Both the position numbers and the translations under genes were made by a program. 64,000 nt of DNA from Octopus vulgaris (Eukaryota), in assembly GCA_951406725.2 (NCBI GenBank), contig OX597817.1, positions 81,282,001-81,346,000 of the forward strand, in the 5' to 3' direction. The first letter of the stretch is position 1. Every line of letters begins with the position of its first letter. The notes beneath the pieces are model-generated. The model had not been told where the DNA came from. It was given only the letters and a program-made list of their open reading frames with translations, and did no database searches. This document shows, one piece after another, positions 63,364 through 64,000 of the stretch.

Positions 63364-64000
63364 CAGGGTGTTTCAAAAACTTTGATATCATTTAAGATGT
63401 AAATATCACAGAAACTAGAGGGTCAAAACAAATGAGACTAAGCAGTCTTAATGTTGAGCAACATAAGAGTTATTCCTCCAAATTTGAATGAGAAATTCAA
63501 AGGTATGTGGATTCCATGAACAATTTCACAAATGTTCAATATGCGCACCGCCTGAGACATGGCATGGCATACATCAAGTCAGCAGTCCAGCTCCTCTCAA
63601 GCACACTACAGCATGTCTTGGGTAACAGTCTCCAGTGTGGTTGTAATTCTCTGCTCAAGTTCCTTTTAGTTTGCAGGAAGAGGGGGGACATAGACCAGGT
63701 CCTTCACATAGCCCCATATTTACTCTTTCACTTGTCATCTGCCATTATGGCTTGAATGAGTTGCAGCTTATATGGTTTCGTGGGAGGATTCTGGGTTTCC
63801 TGACTTGTTCTTCTTATGGACTTCTTGGGGCTTCGCATGAGTTTTTGGTGAACCTGCTCAACCATCTCTTCCAATGTTAGTGGTCGTTCAGATCCTTTTG
63901 CTCTGCACAGACAGCCTTCCTCTTTGAATTTTTTGTGCCATGTCCAAATCTGCATTGACATTGGTAACTTTTTGAGAACTCTCTCATGCATGCTGCACAG
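63364..64000 (-). mobile_element. Internally deleted Tc1/mariner-superfamily transposon (DD37D/maT-like), runs off the window
   Basis: TA|CAGGGTG terminus. N-terminal HTH region (WHKKFKEEG..RSPKKSIRR..KPYKLQL) is joined almost directly to the C-terminus WGYVKDLVY...GGAHIEHL*, with stops. Confidence 0.85.

Noticed and set aside
51300-64000. Search for XYLB exon 2 onward
   Set aside because: No convincing match seen by eye; short exons could have been missed or may lie beyond the window.

Overview
AT-rich, microsatellite- and repeat-dense animal genomic DNA. The SINE and repeat repertoire suggests an octopus or other coleoid cephalopod (inference). Three protein-coding loci are visible. (1) The 5' part of a spliced ZNF236-like C2H2 zinc-finger gene on the minus strand: 9 phase-compatible coding exons from ATG 25533 down to 3584, continuing off the left edge. 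(2) A 21-codon first coding exon of a xylulose kinase (XYLB-like; YLGFDFSTQQ|gtaag) at 35888-35950 on the plus strand. (3) A complete, uninterrupted 11.3-kb USP34 deubiquitinase ORF (37247-48529, 3760 aa) that starts only 1.3 kb downstream on the same strand. The most striking architecture is this giant intronless USP34 apparently lying in intron 1 of XYLB, with an acceptor that would join the XYLB exon in frame to USP34 and an AG|GT site just past the likely USP34 poly(A) signals. The rest consists of decayed LINEs (CR1-like, L1/Tx1, R4/Dong, HERO-like), Penelope-like elements with hammerhead-like motifs, a Helitron, Helentron-type elements, Tc1/mariner, hAT and piggyBac MITEs, tRNA-derived SINEs and microsatellites. 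All calls were made by eye; repeat boundaries are approximate.
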